This document shows positions 62,352 to 64,000 of a stretch of DNA of 64,000 bases, in pieces. Location of the stretch: assembly GCA_947460595.1 (NCBI GenBank), contig CANHGS010000003.1, positions 114,707 through 178,706 on the forward strand, written 5' to 3'. Positions within the stretch are counted from its first letter, which is position 1. Each line of letters opens with the position of its first letter. Under the pieces are notes generated by a model. The model did not search any database, was not told the origin of the DNA, and worked only from the letters and a program-made list of their open reading frames with translations. Position numbers and translations under genes: made by a program. This DNA is from Bacteroidota bacterium. GTDB lineage: Bacteria; Bacteroidota; Bacteroidia; Chitinophagales; Chitinophagaceae.

Positions 62352-64000
62352 TTATGCTTCATCGGTTACACAACCTTCTGAAGCGTCTTTTACACATTGT
62401 GCGTATTTAAACAATAAACCTTTTGTTGCATTTGGTGCAGGTTTTACCCATTTTGCTTTTCTTGATGCAATAATTTCTTGTGACACTTTTAAAGTCATTT
62501 TTTTGGTGGCAACATTCAACTCAATGATATCATCATTCTCCACCAACCCAATCAATCCACCACTTACTGCTTCTGGAGTAATATGCCCTACAACAAAACC
62601 ATGTGTTCCGCCACTGAATCTTCCGTCAGTGATAAGTGCAACAGACTTTCCCAAACCTGCGCCAATTATGGCCGATGTAGGCTTTAGCATTTCAGGCATA
62701 CCAGGTGCGCCTTTTGGGCCCACGTTTCTTATAACTACAACATCACCTGCTTTAATCAAGCCAGAATTAATTCCTTCAATCAATGCTTTTTCTCCATCAA
62801 AAACCCTTGCAGGGCCTTCAAATAATTCTCCTTCTTTTCCACTGATCTTTGCTACACTTCCTCCTGTTGCTAAGTTTCCAAACAATATTTGCAAATGACC
62901 TGTAGATTTAATGGGTTGCTCAATTGGAAGAATCACTTTTTGTTGATCAAAATCTAGATCAGGGATATCAGCCAAATTTTCAGCAATGGTTTTTCCTGTA
63001 ACTGTTAAGCAATCTCCATGCAACATCCCTTTACTCAATAAATATTTCATTACTGCAGGAATGCCACTGTATTGATGAAGATCTTGCATTAAATAAGTAC
63101 CGCTTGGTTTGAAATCGGCCAATACTGGTACTTTATCGCTGATGCGTTGAAAATCGGCCAAAGTAATTTCAACATCAACACTTTTTGCCATGGCAATTAA
63201 ATGCAATACTGCATTGGTACTTCCACCCAAAACCATTACAATGGTAATTGCATTTTCGAATGCCTTAAAAGTCATGATGTCTTTTGGACAAATATTCTTT
63301 TCCAATAAAACTTTGATGGCTTTACCTGCAGCTAAACATTCATTTTGTTTATCATCACTCAATGCGGGATTAGAAGATGAATAAGGCAAACTCATACCCA
63401 ATGCTTCTATAGCCGAAGCCATAGTGTTAGCCGTATACATTCCACCACAAGCACCAGCTCCAGGGCAAGCATGTTGTACAATGCCTTTAAAATCTTCTTC
63501 ATTTAAATTGCCGGCCAACTTTTGACCCAATGCTTCAAATGCAGAAACGATATTTAAATGTTGTCCTTTATAATGACCAGCGGCAATTGATCCACCATAA
63601 ACCATAATGGCTGGTCTATTCAATCTGCCCATTGCTATCAAGGAACCTGGCATATTTTTATCACAACCAGGCAAAGCAATTAATCCATCATAATATTGAG
63701 CACCGCAAACAGCCTCAATAGAATCTGCAATCACATCTCTACTCACTAAGGAATAACGCATTCCATCAGTTCCATTACTAATTCCATCACTTACACCAAT
63801 TGTATTAAATATCAAACCCACTAAATCATTTTCCCAAACACCTTTCTTCACCACTTTAGCTAAGTCATTCAAGTGCATGTTACAAGTATTGCCATCATAG
63901 CCCATACTTACTATTCCCACTTGAGCTTTTTTAAGATCTGATTCGGTTAATCCTATGCCATACAACATTGCTTGCGCTGCAGGCTGCGTAGGGTCTTGTG
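62352..64000 (-). CDS. ilvD: Dihydroxy-acid dehydratase, 5' end outside the window
   Basis: [14 protein letters not shown] at the edge; [35 protein letters not shown]. Confidence 0.96.
   Translation of the reverse strand, partial: QDPTQPAAQAMLYGIGLTESDLKKAQVGIVSMGYDGNTCNMHLNDLAKVVKKGVWENDLVGLIFNTIGVSDGISNGTDGMRYSLVSRDVIADSIEAVCGAQYYDGLIALPGCDKNMPGSLIAMGRLNRPAIMVYGGSIAAGHYKGQHLNIVSAFEALGQKLAGNLNEEDFKGIVQHACPGAGACGGMYTANTMASAIEALGMSLPYSSSNPALSDDKQNECLAAGKAIKVLLEKNICPKDIMTFKAFENAITIVMVLGGSTNAVLHLIAMAKSVDVEITLADFQRISDKVPVLADFKPSGTYLMQDLHQYSGIPAVMKYLLSKGMLHGDCLTVTGKTIAENLADIPDLDFDQQKVILPIEQPIKSTGHLQILFGNLATGGSVAKISGKEGELFEGPARVFDGEKALIEGINSGLIKAGDVVVIRNVGPKGAPGMPEMLKPTSAIIGAGLGKSVALITDGRFSGGTHGFVVGHITPEAVSGGLIGLVENDDIIELNVATKKMTLKVSQEIIASRKAKWVKPAPNATKGLLFKYAQCVKDASEGCVTDEA

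Overview
Gene-dense window from a Bacteroidota genome (SusC/SusD, hybrid two-component system, T9SS C-terminal domain; Chitinophagaceae-like by inference). Left to right: a putative membrane-anchored regulator; a polysaccharide utilisation locus (HTCS, SusC/D, GH16, heparinase II/III-like lyase, GH88) followed by DUF1080/Gfo-Idh-MocA, GH67 and a GGT-family gene; an AT-richer accessory stretch (~22.4-34.5 kb); tricorn-like peptidase, acyltransferase, rubrerythrin, GH2, oxyR/katG; a Rieske oxygenase-permease-acylase operon; phosphatase, ROK regulator, T9SS protein, NarL-type regulator; and the ilvD-ilvB-ilvN-ilvC operon (ilvD cut by the window edge). The most notable signal is at 22.9-25.4 kb and is not in the ORF track: a tyrosine-recombinase C-terminal remnant, a G^TT crossover-like site, and small co-oriented genes bounded by one complete and two truncated attC-like inverted repeats, i.e. 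a decayed integron-like gene-cassette array, one cassette carrying a possible toxin-antitoxin pair. No rRNA, tRNA, CRISPR array or intact IS was recognised. All family assignments are by motif recognition, not database search.
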